A stretch of DNA of 64,000 nt, taken from contig NW_019091362.1 in assembly GCF_001949145.1 (NCBI RefSeq), forward strand, positions 1,867,838 through 1,931,837, given 5' to 3'. Shown here in pieces: positions 42,301-54,300 of the stretch. Below the pieces are notes generated by a model. That model worked only from the letters and a program-made list of their open reading frames with translations, made no database searches and was not told the DNA's origin. Within the stretch, counting starts at the first letter, position 1. The number at the start of each line of letters is the position of its first letter. A program made the translations under genes and the position numbers. This stretch comes from Acanthaster planci (Eukaryota).

Positions 42301-45300
42301 AGCATTTCATTTTCTACAGCTTGCTTCATGGGTCACCAAAATAGGGTAGTTTCACTTCACCACTCGAAGCCCTACATTTCTTTCTAATCTAGGTCTGCTT
42401 TTAATGGCTTTGGAAGACATAAAAGAATGACCGTACCTCGTTTGCCCAGTCTGAATCGTCCTGGAAAGAAGAGAAAAAAATTAAATTAACGAATGAATTA
42501 GCCTGCAATAAGACACGAACGGTTTTTGTTTCTGGTATACTGTAAATGGTCTAATGCAAACGTTCTAATAAGACACCTTAATTAATGAGGATCCCAGGCA
42601 ACAGTTTCTAACTTTTTGAAGAGAAGTTGAGGACATTGGTGCTTAATTCATATTAGGAAAAGAATTTCTCACAACTTTGGAAAGAATCCTGGCCCATCGG
42701 CTACCCCCAACACATTTCGTTTTTCTCAGCGTTTCGGAACTCAAAATGCGATCCGGCTTCTGTTGATGCTTGGTGGAGTGATTTGTTCTCAAGGGAGTGT
42801 AACCGATGGCACATGATATCATTATCGATGGGACTATAATTATGTGTTAGTTATAAAGAACACAGCAGATGTGTAACGGTTCAATATGGTACGTTATGGA
42901 ACCGTTGGCATTCATTTTGATGAAACCAGTTTGATATTATTGGAAACGCAATGAGAAAAATCTGTTCCCATAAATCTGCGCAACTTCTGTGGTGCTTTTT
43001 AATTTTTTTAAATCACGTTTAAATGAAGCCGCTTACGTTTCAGGTATTTCAGCCTGGATTTTCTCTTCCCTTTGGACAGAAATCCAATCGATTTGCACGT
43101 GAACGCCTTTCTGTCAGGCTTTCTGTACTCAACTATTGGCATGTCTTCTGACAAGGATTTAAGGAAGACGTTGAAGCCAGTGGTGACAAATCGTACGGTT
43201 ATCTGCACTGTTTTCAGTTGCCAAGCCCACTGCGGTAGCTGTGCATATTTCAGTTTCAATCCACGGGAGTTCAGGATGCATATATCTTTCTTCTCCACCT
43301 CTGAAATTGAACAGAAAGCAAAGTTTTGCAACTGATCCAAGTTGATATGCCCAAAGCTCTGTTAAACAGCCTATTTCAATTTACCACTAGGTTGGGGGGT
43401 TATATGTAAATCAGTGTACATTAAGCGTTTTGCTTTGCTGAGAAATGAAATCCTAGGATCCCTGAAATTACAATCTGGATTCAAAAGGAAAGATGGGACT
43501 GAAGAATTAACTTTACCTATTTTGATTAGCTTCCCACCGTCCGAATGGAAGATGACGTCGGAAGGGTCCTCCTTTTCAATCTCGAATTCCTGGGTGACAC
43601 TGGTGTCTACATCTTCGGTAACTGTCACCTCCTTGGTGTCACCAAAACATTCGACAATCTTCGGCTCTTCTATCTGCTCCTCCTCCTCGGGCTCTGGGTT
43701 ACCCAGTGATGAAAAGGAAAAGAGGCAAAATTGTAATCTTGAAGAAAAGGCTGTCCAATCAGTCAACAAACGCAGGCATGTGTGACCCCTTTTAGGGGGC
43801 ACCGGTAATGTGGAAATTCCTGATAAAGAAAGATTATTGTGATAACATTGAGCTTTAAATGAAGATGCTCCAACGCTCAGGTTATGCAGACACTAAACTG
43901 TTCGTCATAAATTTTAATTTTTTTCCAAACGCAAAAAATGTAAAGGAAAATGGGACAAAAACTCACCTGGCAAGCCCAGGTCAGGTAGCAGAGGATCTGG
44001 CAGTCCACTGTCATCGTCTGTGTTGCAATTTCATGCACAAATTATGCAAAATAAGTGTCGGAAGTGCGAGACAAATCAAAAGCAGCTTGAGTGAAAACTA
44101 ATCGATAGCAATTACTCCCTTCAGAAACCGATGCATCTCCAGCTTGATTCATGTTTAGCATTAACAAAAATTTACAAAACAAAAATTACCTTTGCAAGCA
44201 CAAATCTTGCATCCTTCATTATTGCTCGCGAATCCATTCTTACAACCAAGTCTGCAGAAAACTGGCTTGCAAGCTGCAGAAAGAAAACCAGAAGACAATA
44301 GCCTCTAATTTGAAACCCTTTATATTTGGACCTAACGAGACAGAATGACATTTAAAAAAAATAATATTCTACTCTACGACCTTGAGCTCTCTAGTACAGA
44401 GATTTTCCCTCGACCACTAATTTACATAAGTCGGCAGGCTAGTTTGCTTAGGCGTATAACCCACGACCTCCTCCAAAATACAGAGCCACATATTGAAAGT
44501 TGATTATAAAAAGGCAAAATCATCTGGAATTGTAAAGCATTTGTAAAGATACTCGCTGTTGATTTATATTAACTATAAACGCATGCCAATAAATCATTTT
44601 TTATAAAAAAGAAGCGTTTTCCTTTGCTGTTTCTCTTATCAATTGGAAACCAGTAAAATTGCTTTCCAGTTTGACGACATTAACTTTTGATTTATTGACA
44701 GAAGACAAATTTCTTTTGTTTCATTTACCAGTTGAAAAAGTATTTCGGTCTCCTCTGCACATTTGGTAGGGTTTCCTTGATAGAGGAATGAGTTCAGGTA
44801 AATGCTTATTGTTGATGTGGACAGGCCTCGCTTACAAATGCGTCAGCTATATTACATATTATTACAAATTTACATGTTTAACGAGCATCCTTTTAGTGAG
44901 GAATGAGCTCTGGAAGGGAAACTCGACTTATCAAGACCCTTGAATATTTTATACGAGGACGAAGAAATCTTACTAATGACAAGTCAACATCATGTGGCAA
45001 TATGTATCAAAGGTTGACAACCGATAATATTTTACCAAATGTCAGGATTATTCTTGTTTGATACATAATTTGTTTGGATGCGAAAACTTGATCTTTAATA
45101 AATATTTCGTAATGTCCCAGATGTCGATATGATCTTCCCGCCCCAGAATATTCAAGAGTCTCAACAAGTCAGATGACTCCTCTTGATCTCCGTAGCTGAA
45201 AGTTCCAATATTAAAGCTCCTTATAAAGCCTGAAAGAAAAGGGTCACGTTTCAAACTTCCGGAACCCTCACGACGCTCGCCTTTGGGAATTTACATGGGG

Positions 45301-48300
45301 CTGCCCAAAACATTTCGTGATTTTTGGAAGGATGATGTCTAAATGAAACCACCTTAAGAAACAATTGTCTCCGATTTTTTTTCGTAAATAATAATGGGGA
45401 AAGTCTACTGGATATCGGGAAAAAAAGGAATTTTTCGTAACGACCTTTCAATTCCGGCATTATTGTTTCTAGGTCTCATTCTTCATTCTGTGTATGTTTA
45501 TTACATAATGCACTTTTGTGAGAGCGAAAATGTGTAACATTAGTAGATTTAAATCCCTGCATCTTAATGCGTTCTACATCCAGTTGGACTTATGTCAATG
45601 TCAGCAATGGTCATATTAAACAAGAGAGTTTATCGTAAATGCAGATACTTTCTTCAAGTTTATTTCTTTCAGAGTTTCAACCCCCTCAATTTATTTTCTG
45701 TTCCTATATTCCTTTAAGATTTTACCTCAAAACTATACCGAGAAGAAATTTTCATAACTTTTCGTCTGCCTACGAGTGCAATATGTTGTATGTATTTTAG
45801 ACTTTCAGAAGTGAGAGGTCAGTTTTTGGTATTTCATATCTTTTTCTGGTCACGGAATTCGTTTGCTTTTTTAAAATTGATTTTTACCAGAATATATTTC
45901 ACAAAAGTCCCTTCCGTAGCGAACAAAGAAAAAACAATTTAAGTTTAAATTTGTTTGCACATTACATGTATTTGTCCTACTCAAAGGTTCCAGGGGTAAA
46001 CTTTCAGGTTGTAATACCGACAGCTGGTATAGCTGCATCAGTTTGCAGTAAGCCAAAGGGTTTGTATACTTACGTTCTCTGCAAACACGACCACAGCCAT
46101 TGGAGCAGCATTTCATCCTCCCGTCAGGACAACTCTCGTCATCTGAACACTCGTTAACACAAATTCCAACCACGGACGTTTTAGCTGACACCTCTGGACA
46201 TTCACCGAAACGCATGCGTGCTGGGACCGGAGGATAAACACACAGTTAAAAAAGAACAGAAAGCTCTCATGTCATTCCACAGAGTCCGATTAACTATGAT
46301 TTGAATGAGGAACAGCGGACCAGAATAAAAAAGATTACGTAGGGAGTCTGATTCTATCAAGGGAGTATTTTTAAGTGTAACACTAATNNNNNNNNNNNNN
46401 NNNNNNNNNNNNNNNNNNNNNNNNNNNNNNNNNNNNNNNNNNNNNNNNNNNNNNNNNNNNNNNNNNNNNNNNNNNNNNNNNNNNNNNNNNNNNNNNNNNN
46501 NNNNNNNNNNNNNNNNNNNNNNNNNNNNNNNNNNNNNNNNNNNNNNNNNNNNNNNNNNNNNNNNNNNNNNNNNNNNNNNNNNNNNNNNNNNNNNNNNNNN
46601 NNNNNNNNNNNNNNNNNNNNNNNNNNNNNNNNNNNNNNNNNNNNNNNNNNNNNNNNNNNNNNNNNNNNNNNNNNNNNNNNNNNNNNNNNNNNNNNNNNNN
46701 NNNNNNNNNNNNNNNNNNNNNNNNNNNNNNNNNNNNNNNNNNNNNNNNNNNNNNNNNNNNNNNNNNNNNNNNNNNNNNNNNNNNNNNNNNNNNNNNNNNN
46801 NNNNNNNNNNNNNNNNNNNNNNNNNNNNNNNNNNNNNNNNNNNNNNNNNNNNNNNNNNNNNNNNNNNNNNNNNNNNNNNNNNNNNNNNNNNNNNNNNNNN
46901 NNNNNNNNNNNNNNNNNNNNNNNNNNNNNNNNNNNNNNNNNNNNNNNNNNNNNNNNNNNNNNNNNNNNNNNNNNNNNNNNNNNNNNNNNNNNNNNNNNNN
47001 NNNNNNNNNNNNNNNNNNNNNNNNNNNNNNNNNNNNNNNNNNNNNNNNNNNNNNNNNNNNNNNNNNNNNNNNNNNNNNNNNNNNNNNNNNNNNNNNNNNN
47101 NNNNNNNNNNNNNNNNNNNNNNNNNNNNNNNNNNNNNNNNNNNNNNNNNNNNNNNNNNNNNNNNNNNNNNNNNNNNNNNNNNNNNNNNNNNNNTTATCAG
47201 TGGATCACCTACTAATTGCACTTATTCAGTTGCAATCCGAAAAGACGGGACTGTACTTCATTGCCTTCGATAATGGGATTCTTCTATGGCCACTAACATC
47301 TGTTCTGTGTGATTCACTCAAATTTGTGGCCAGCCAAAGCCAATTTTTCTGACAACGCACTAGAATCCCACAACCTGCCTGAATATTTCAAACAAAATAT
47401 ATTTGAAGCACATGTGATTTACTTCGGCGCACACGACGTTCGTGAGGGCATAGTAGTGGCTAGGGCTAGCCCGGATACCAGTCCCGACAAATCAAGGGTC
47501 CGGTATCACCAAATGTCACGTGTCCAGGACTGGACGAATTCCTCCAGTTTTCCGAAAATAGCCGAAATATTCCGGAGTCGCCCCGTCTACATTCTGCATG
47601 TTCGGATTGTACCGTTGATGTTCGGTTATTCCCGGTCTGGTTGGTGGGCTTGTTGAACATAAACCGTCAACAATCATGCATTGGCATTTAACAACAAAGT
47701 TACAAACAACTTTACTTGTTGATGGGTGTGTGCGAGGAAGGAATGTTGCTGTACAAGAAATGATCAACTAAAAGAATTTCGAAAATGCTTATGAATGATT
47801 TTGAGTTTTCTGATATTTGTTCAAGTGCGCATCATTAGGGAACTTCCGGCTGATTTGAACCCACCACGTATGAAGGGAATTAAATCGAAAACATCCAGGC
47901 TTTCAACTTGTGATCTCTGACCCTTGCGTCATATCTATTTATTTCTGCGGGTGATGGCTGATCCAAGATTCTTTATCATCCCAAGGGTCGTCAGGGAAAC
48001 TTTGGGCAGGGAACCAGACTACCTAGGGTCAGAAAGGTCGACATGACGTCATCATTGTAGCCTCTCAACCAATCAGAACGCTGGATTTAGCTCACATTCA
48101 GCCTCTTTAGCTCAATTTGAGGAGCCAGCCCGTACCATGCCTAGTATTGGTGTCCAATAAGTAAGGTGCGTACTCGTGATTAATTAAGTATTTTTTTATT
48201 TTTCTCTATAATTTTTATTTTTGAACTATATTCCTACAATACGAAGATGGCATGGAACGTGCAAATCAAACGATTTTTTATTGTAGGATTTATGTACTGG

Positions 48301-51300
48301 TATTTGTGTGTATAGCATTTCAAACAGAGGTGGCGGTTTCCATAAAAGTAAATAAACAAAGATTTGACGATAAACATTACAATTAGGGAATGCAAATACG
48401 ATACACATACAGTGAGAATTGGGTACGTGTACATGTACATGCATACCCAGGATAAATATAAAGGTGTTTTTGCAGTTATGGTTTTTAGAATAATTTGAAT
48501 TCCTGTTTCCTATTTTGCCAGTTGAGGAGAATCCCTTGATAGAAACTATATTTCTTTTGTGCAATCCAGCAGGAGCTGGTTAAATAACGTGTCCTTTATA
48601 TTTTGTTTCAAATGATTTAGTGATTTTTTGTGCATCGCATGTCTTTGCAAAGAACGTATCCAATAAAATGAAAAATATGAAATGAAACGTACCTACAACA
48701 CAAAAGTGGTACAACCCTAGCCTACATGTCCGAATTGTATGCTCAGCGGGCGATTCCATGACGTAACAAGGTGAGTCATCGATAGACGACAAACAACCGG
48801 GCACGTCCCGTGTCTGGTCATCCACTGATCAACCAGACTGAAATTTTGCGGGGTTTTCAAATAGTCGTGTTATGTGCCCTCTTAACCTGTTCTCATTGCG
48901 CCGTAAGTCCGATGCGTCGATTGAAAAGAGTTGAAACAGCACAGGACTGAAACGCGGCCGACAGATTCGGATTTCGAACGGATCAAACTGTCATCATGAA
49001 ATAAAAGCCTTTCATATTTTTTCTTACGTTTGCATATGCAAGTCATACATCCTCGTTCGTCCTTTTCGAAGCCGTTTGGGCAAGCTTTTCTGCACCTCAC
49101 CTTCGAACATGATACTATGGATAAAACAAAATGTTCAAAGAAGGGCAAACAGAAAAGGGACACATTCTCAACATCATAAAACTAGGAATGCGACTTACCA
49201 TTCCTCTTTTATACTCATCTCTTGAAAATTGTCATTAAATTTTGAATTAAGATACATGACTTGATCTATGTATTGAACAATCCTAATAAGGCAAATATCT
49301 TTTTGATAATTTCTGAGCCAGAACGCCATGATTACATAAGGTACGATTCCATGTCTACATCATCGCTTGTCACATGCCCATCATTTTTTTCACTCAATAA
49401 TCCAGCCTGTACATGTATTTATCATATATTTATACTGTCCATTCCCTGGTTGCTTTCCATGTGAATTACATGTACATGTTTAATTGTATTTTCTTTGATT
49501 GAGTGCTATGTTTTTGTGATAACTTAAGATTCTTGTTAATTTTAATGAATTACTTCTGAGTGATTCGGAGTAGTTTTGACATCTGCCATTGACAAGCCTT
49601 TGCTTATTAAGACCTTAGTCAATTACTTCTTCCTTCATAGGTTGTTTCTGTTTTATAAACATATCTGTATAATCCTCCTTTATTGTGCATACTAGATAGA
49701 TTGTGTTTTGTTTATGGTTGGATACAAATAAATGTTGCTACGAACAATGTTGGTTTCTGTCAGACACTGTACCATAGGGCTTGAATAAAACAGTTGATGG
49801 TAAGTTTCCTGCAACTAAATATAATTATGTGTGATTTCATTTTGTCTCTTGTTCACTTACCTTCTGGCTCAGTGCCACTTGGGTTATTTTCTGTATTCAT
49901 GCAAACAACCCCCCCCCCAAGTTTTCAGGTATAAAATATGTTCTTAGCAGCAAAGGCCGCTTCAAACTTACACGAAAGCAAAACGAATGTGACTTCACGA
50001 AATTCGTTGGGGATTTAATTTATGAAACCTTTCCAAATTTGCAGCACGAGTAATTGATCTTACACAGCAAAGGTTGCCTTTGTGTTCACTTTTGCACAAA
50101 GGTTGAACTGGTTTCAGAGCTTTGTCAAAGGATTTGAATAAAAGATGCTTTCAAACGGTAGCAAATGTTACCTCGTGCGTTTTGAAAGTGCAGTGGATGA
50201 AACATTAAAAGATTATGAACTTTAAACACCAAAGACTGAAATTTGGGGAACTGTTCAATTGCCACGGGAACAACTCAGCATCCCCCATATTTCGACACTT
50301 TTTCTATAAGAGCAGGCCTTAAACTCTCGACACATGCATAGTGTTCATTTTTTACTCACCTTCTTTCTCAGGGGGGAGAGAAATCACTTCAGGCTCTGTA
50401 AAATAATTTAAATAAGTGGCAATTGAGACGAAGGTGAATAATTGCAGTTTATGATTGTATTCCAGGGATGCGCAACCAAAGTAGGCCAAATGCGCCCAAC
50501 GCGACCAACGGATGCGGAATATAGGGTGCGTTCGATTAGCTTCCCTGAACACACCAATACACTCAAGGAAGCCTCAAAATGAGGCTTATCGAACGCTACA
50601 GTGTGTTTTCAAAGGCATTCTGGGAAAAAGGTCAAGTCCCCGCCTCGTTCCATCATGTACGTCCACGCTCGAACAGTCCATCCGTGACGTCATTACACTC
50701 GGGCAGCCTCCAGAGACCCGTTTGCCAGCTGGGGTAGTGGTGGCTGACACCAGGGCAGGCACGAACATCACGTGATGGCTAAACGAACGCTCCCGTGTAA
50801 GTTTGACTTCCACGCGTAAGCTAATCGAACGCACCCATAGAAAGGATCCAAAAGTCCATGAAATGACAGGCTTGACTGCTTTTTCTTGCGTTTGCTTTCG
50901 CAAGTTTGGCATCCGTTTTCGTTTATCTTAAAGCCGTTTGGACAATGCCTGCAGCGTACCAGCGGACATGCAACAATGGACGAAACAAAATTAACCGAAA
51001 AGATGGAAACACAGAAAAGTGACACACATTCTTAAGATTGTCAAAAGTAGGAATAGGACTTAACATTTTTCTTTTCAATAAATGTCTTCAAAATTGTTAC
51101 TAAATTGGAAAGTAAGATACGTGACACTGACAACTAGCTAGGCAAGAGTAATAAGGCTAAAAATCTTTCTATAATTTCTGAACCAGAACCAGTTGCTTAA
51201 GTAAAGCACGATTCCATGTCAACATTGTGGCTTATCACTATACCCGCCCAGGTTTTTCCATCAATAATTAAGCCTCTACATTTTGTATTCATTCATATAT

Positions 51301-54300
51301 TTACATTGTTCATGAAGTACCTGTTTAATTGTATTTTCTTTGATTGAGTGTTATGTTTTGTGATTACTTTTGACTCTTTGTAATTTCAAGGAATTAGGCC
51401 TACTTTTGAGTGCTTCGGAGTAGTTTTGTGATTAGCCATTGACAAGCCATTGCTTATTACGATTTTAGTCAATTACTTCTTCATTCATACGTTGTTCTTG
51501 TTTTTATAAATGCAAGGGCCAGCGAGGTTTGGCTTTTCAGGGATTATTTTTGGGTTACATGCCTAATCACTGAATCAAGACGATTACGTCATTGGTAAAC
51601 ATCCTCTGGTCATTAACATAGTGTATTCAGAAAGAAGTGATCATATGTTATCGGCCTTGATCTAGAAACTGCATTTCTGGTTGTATAATTGATAACTGTT
51701 TTTGTGAGAATGTATCTGGTGGTTTTTAAGGGCAGTGGAGAAACCAAACTTTATAATTACACTTTCCGTTGCCGCGCACGATACTATCTGTGATGCGCCG
51801 TCTTGGATGTGCGTACGTACAGTTTCTTCCCTTTCCAGACCGGTCTTCAAACTGTAAGTGTTGTGGATATTTTCCTCGTTACAAAATGCATACTTTTAAC
51901 AGTTGAATAAGGCAGTTCCTGACTAATCACGGCCTCACATTCTCGCAGCATACCACTTCAGTCTCTGCGTGAATCTTGTGTGCATATTTTGGTTATAAAA
52001 TTCTATTTTGTCGACTGGATCCGCGGCAAACTCTTATATTCAGTCACATGGTCGAATATATTGTATTCCCACGTGATATGCATGTAACTCTGTAGTATCT
52101 ATGTAGAACTAAACCCTTGGTTGGTCTCTTGGTTACATTGCTTCATTAGGGTGTTTGGTGTGCTTGACATCGGCCAAGAGATTTAACTTGGCGTTTGGGG
52201 AACTGAACGGAACTGAAATGAGTCGAACTGAGTCAATCTGATTAAGAACTTACATGTAATTGAACTATAATAAATTATACTGTATAAATTAAGATATCCA
52301 TAGGGGTTTCTGATAAATCATCTAGTACTGAAAATGAGAAAGCCATTGCACATTATCATTATTCACAGTGCGGGACTGTTTGTCAGATTCAGTATTCATT
52401 CTTTTCTCTGTCAATCTTCAGGTTTTTGAGAGTAAATCAATAATTAAATTATTTTAATTATTTTCCCCAATGGTGGGATATATCTGACTCCTGTCTCAAA
52501 GTTTGAATTGTCCATTTTCCTGCCCAGCCCTTGCTATCTGTAACTAATCATTTGACGGATCTTCCTACCTGACACGTGGTGCATAAAACATTGCCCCGTG
52601 GTCATCCGATGGTCGCGACATAAACATATCTGTATGTTCCTCCTTTAATGTGCATGCAATATGATTGTTTTTTTTTCCTTAGGAGCAAAGGCCTGTCCAA
52701 ACTTCGGCGTAAACGAAAGCGAACGAAACGATTTGACGTCACAAAATTCGTTGGGGATACAGTTTGTGAAACTTTTGCCAATTTGCAGCACGAATATTTG
52801 ATCTGACACAACCAAGGTTGCCTTTGTGTTCACTTTTGCACAAAGGTTGAACCGGTTTCAGAGTTTTGTCAAAGGATTTGAATAAAAGATGCTTTCAAAC
52901 GGTGGCAAATGTTTTGAAAGTGCAGTGAGTGAAATTTTAAAGATTTAGTATATATTTCAACTTTATTATCGTATCTCGGGGATGCGTAATCAACATATGT
53001 CAAATGCCCAAAAGAAAGTCGTTATCTCTAGCGCCGCAAAGTTGGTAGATGTCTGGCGCAAACAGAAATCCAGCTTCATGCATTTTGATTGCATTTTGAA
53101 GTTTACTTGTGTAATTCACAGTGTTGCTGTTCTTGTCACAGAGTTCTTAGCTGTTTTTACCACAGCAATTCGTAAAAAAATGGCCGAAGGGTTTAGAGGG
53201 CGGGAAGCCATCTCAAAAGCCCCGGGAGGACGGTGTGGAACTGAGAGTGTTCAGCGCCTTCACCTGTATATCACCATGCACCCTCCGAAGGGGGATGGTG
53301 GTTTCTTTTACTGAAGGCAACGAAACAGGTCATTAAAAGGGTTAAGGGTTGGTCTGAGTTAGCCACTGTTGCCCCTGGCAGAGGAGACATACCTTGTTTT
53401 AATTCGCAGTATTGTCCACGATATCCATCTGAGCAGTCACACTCGAAGCCATCGGACAGTGGGCGACAGGTTCCGTGAACGCAAGGGGAGCGCAGACACG
53501 GATCAACTGAAGCAGCGAAACAAAATTTACTGAGAATACAGCTATTTCTTCGACTATGTGTCAACCAGACATTTGGCTCCAAGAAAATATCAAAATGTTT
53601 CTCCCAAACTAAGACAGAGGGCAAAAATCACTTTAACTTTCTTTCGTAAATACCGGAGATATGGTTAACGCGATACAATAAGAGCCTACCACGTGGCTGG
53701 TCTTATTGATTGATAAAATACCAACCGACCAAAAAGTGGACCCTACACAGTGACTTGCATGTATTTGCGTATTTCTACGTCGAATCTATCGGTACATAGC
53801 ATTCAATACATGGGGTGACATGAACATTTCGGAGTGTATTTCATTTTAGTCAGAGAAGTAATCCCCCCGACTGGTGGTTTTAAAGCTCACGTATATGTAT
53901 AAAATCATTTTAAGTGAACACTAATTCAAAACCATTAAAAAACTTGAAGTTATATCTCCTTGCCGAAGTTTGAAAAATTGATGCAATATTCCTCTACTTT
54001 CCCATCTTTTCAAGACAAGTCCAAATTCAAAATGCGCTATTTTGAAGCTAAAATAGTGCAGACGGTTTGAGTACGAAAAATTACTGGTTACATGGTGCTG
54101 ATGTATCTCCTGATTGAAAATAAACAAGCAAAATGATTGGAGGAAGCCCCAAAACCTCAACGTTATGATGGAGAAATCACATTCTTTAGTCCTCGAGTAT
54201 AATGAGAGGTATTAAACCTACCCTGCTGATTCTCAATATCATCAAAGGTGAAGAGGCCCACGTTCTTTTTGCTTGTTCCAAATCCCAAGAATTTGGGGGT

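Larger units (their letters stand above)
49020..52945. repeat. Local intragenic duplication (49020-49660 ~ 50880-51510; 49945-50215 ~ 52679-52945)
   Basis: Long colinear intronic matches, e.g. aggttgcctttgtgttcacttttgcacaaaggttgaac and gtttaattgtattttctttgattgagtg. Confidence 0.8.

Noticed and set aside
52569..52629. Possible microexon in the duplicated segment
   Set aside because: 61 nt, would shift the frame between phase-1 neighbours
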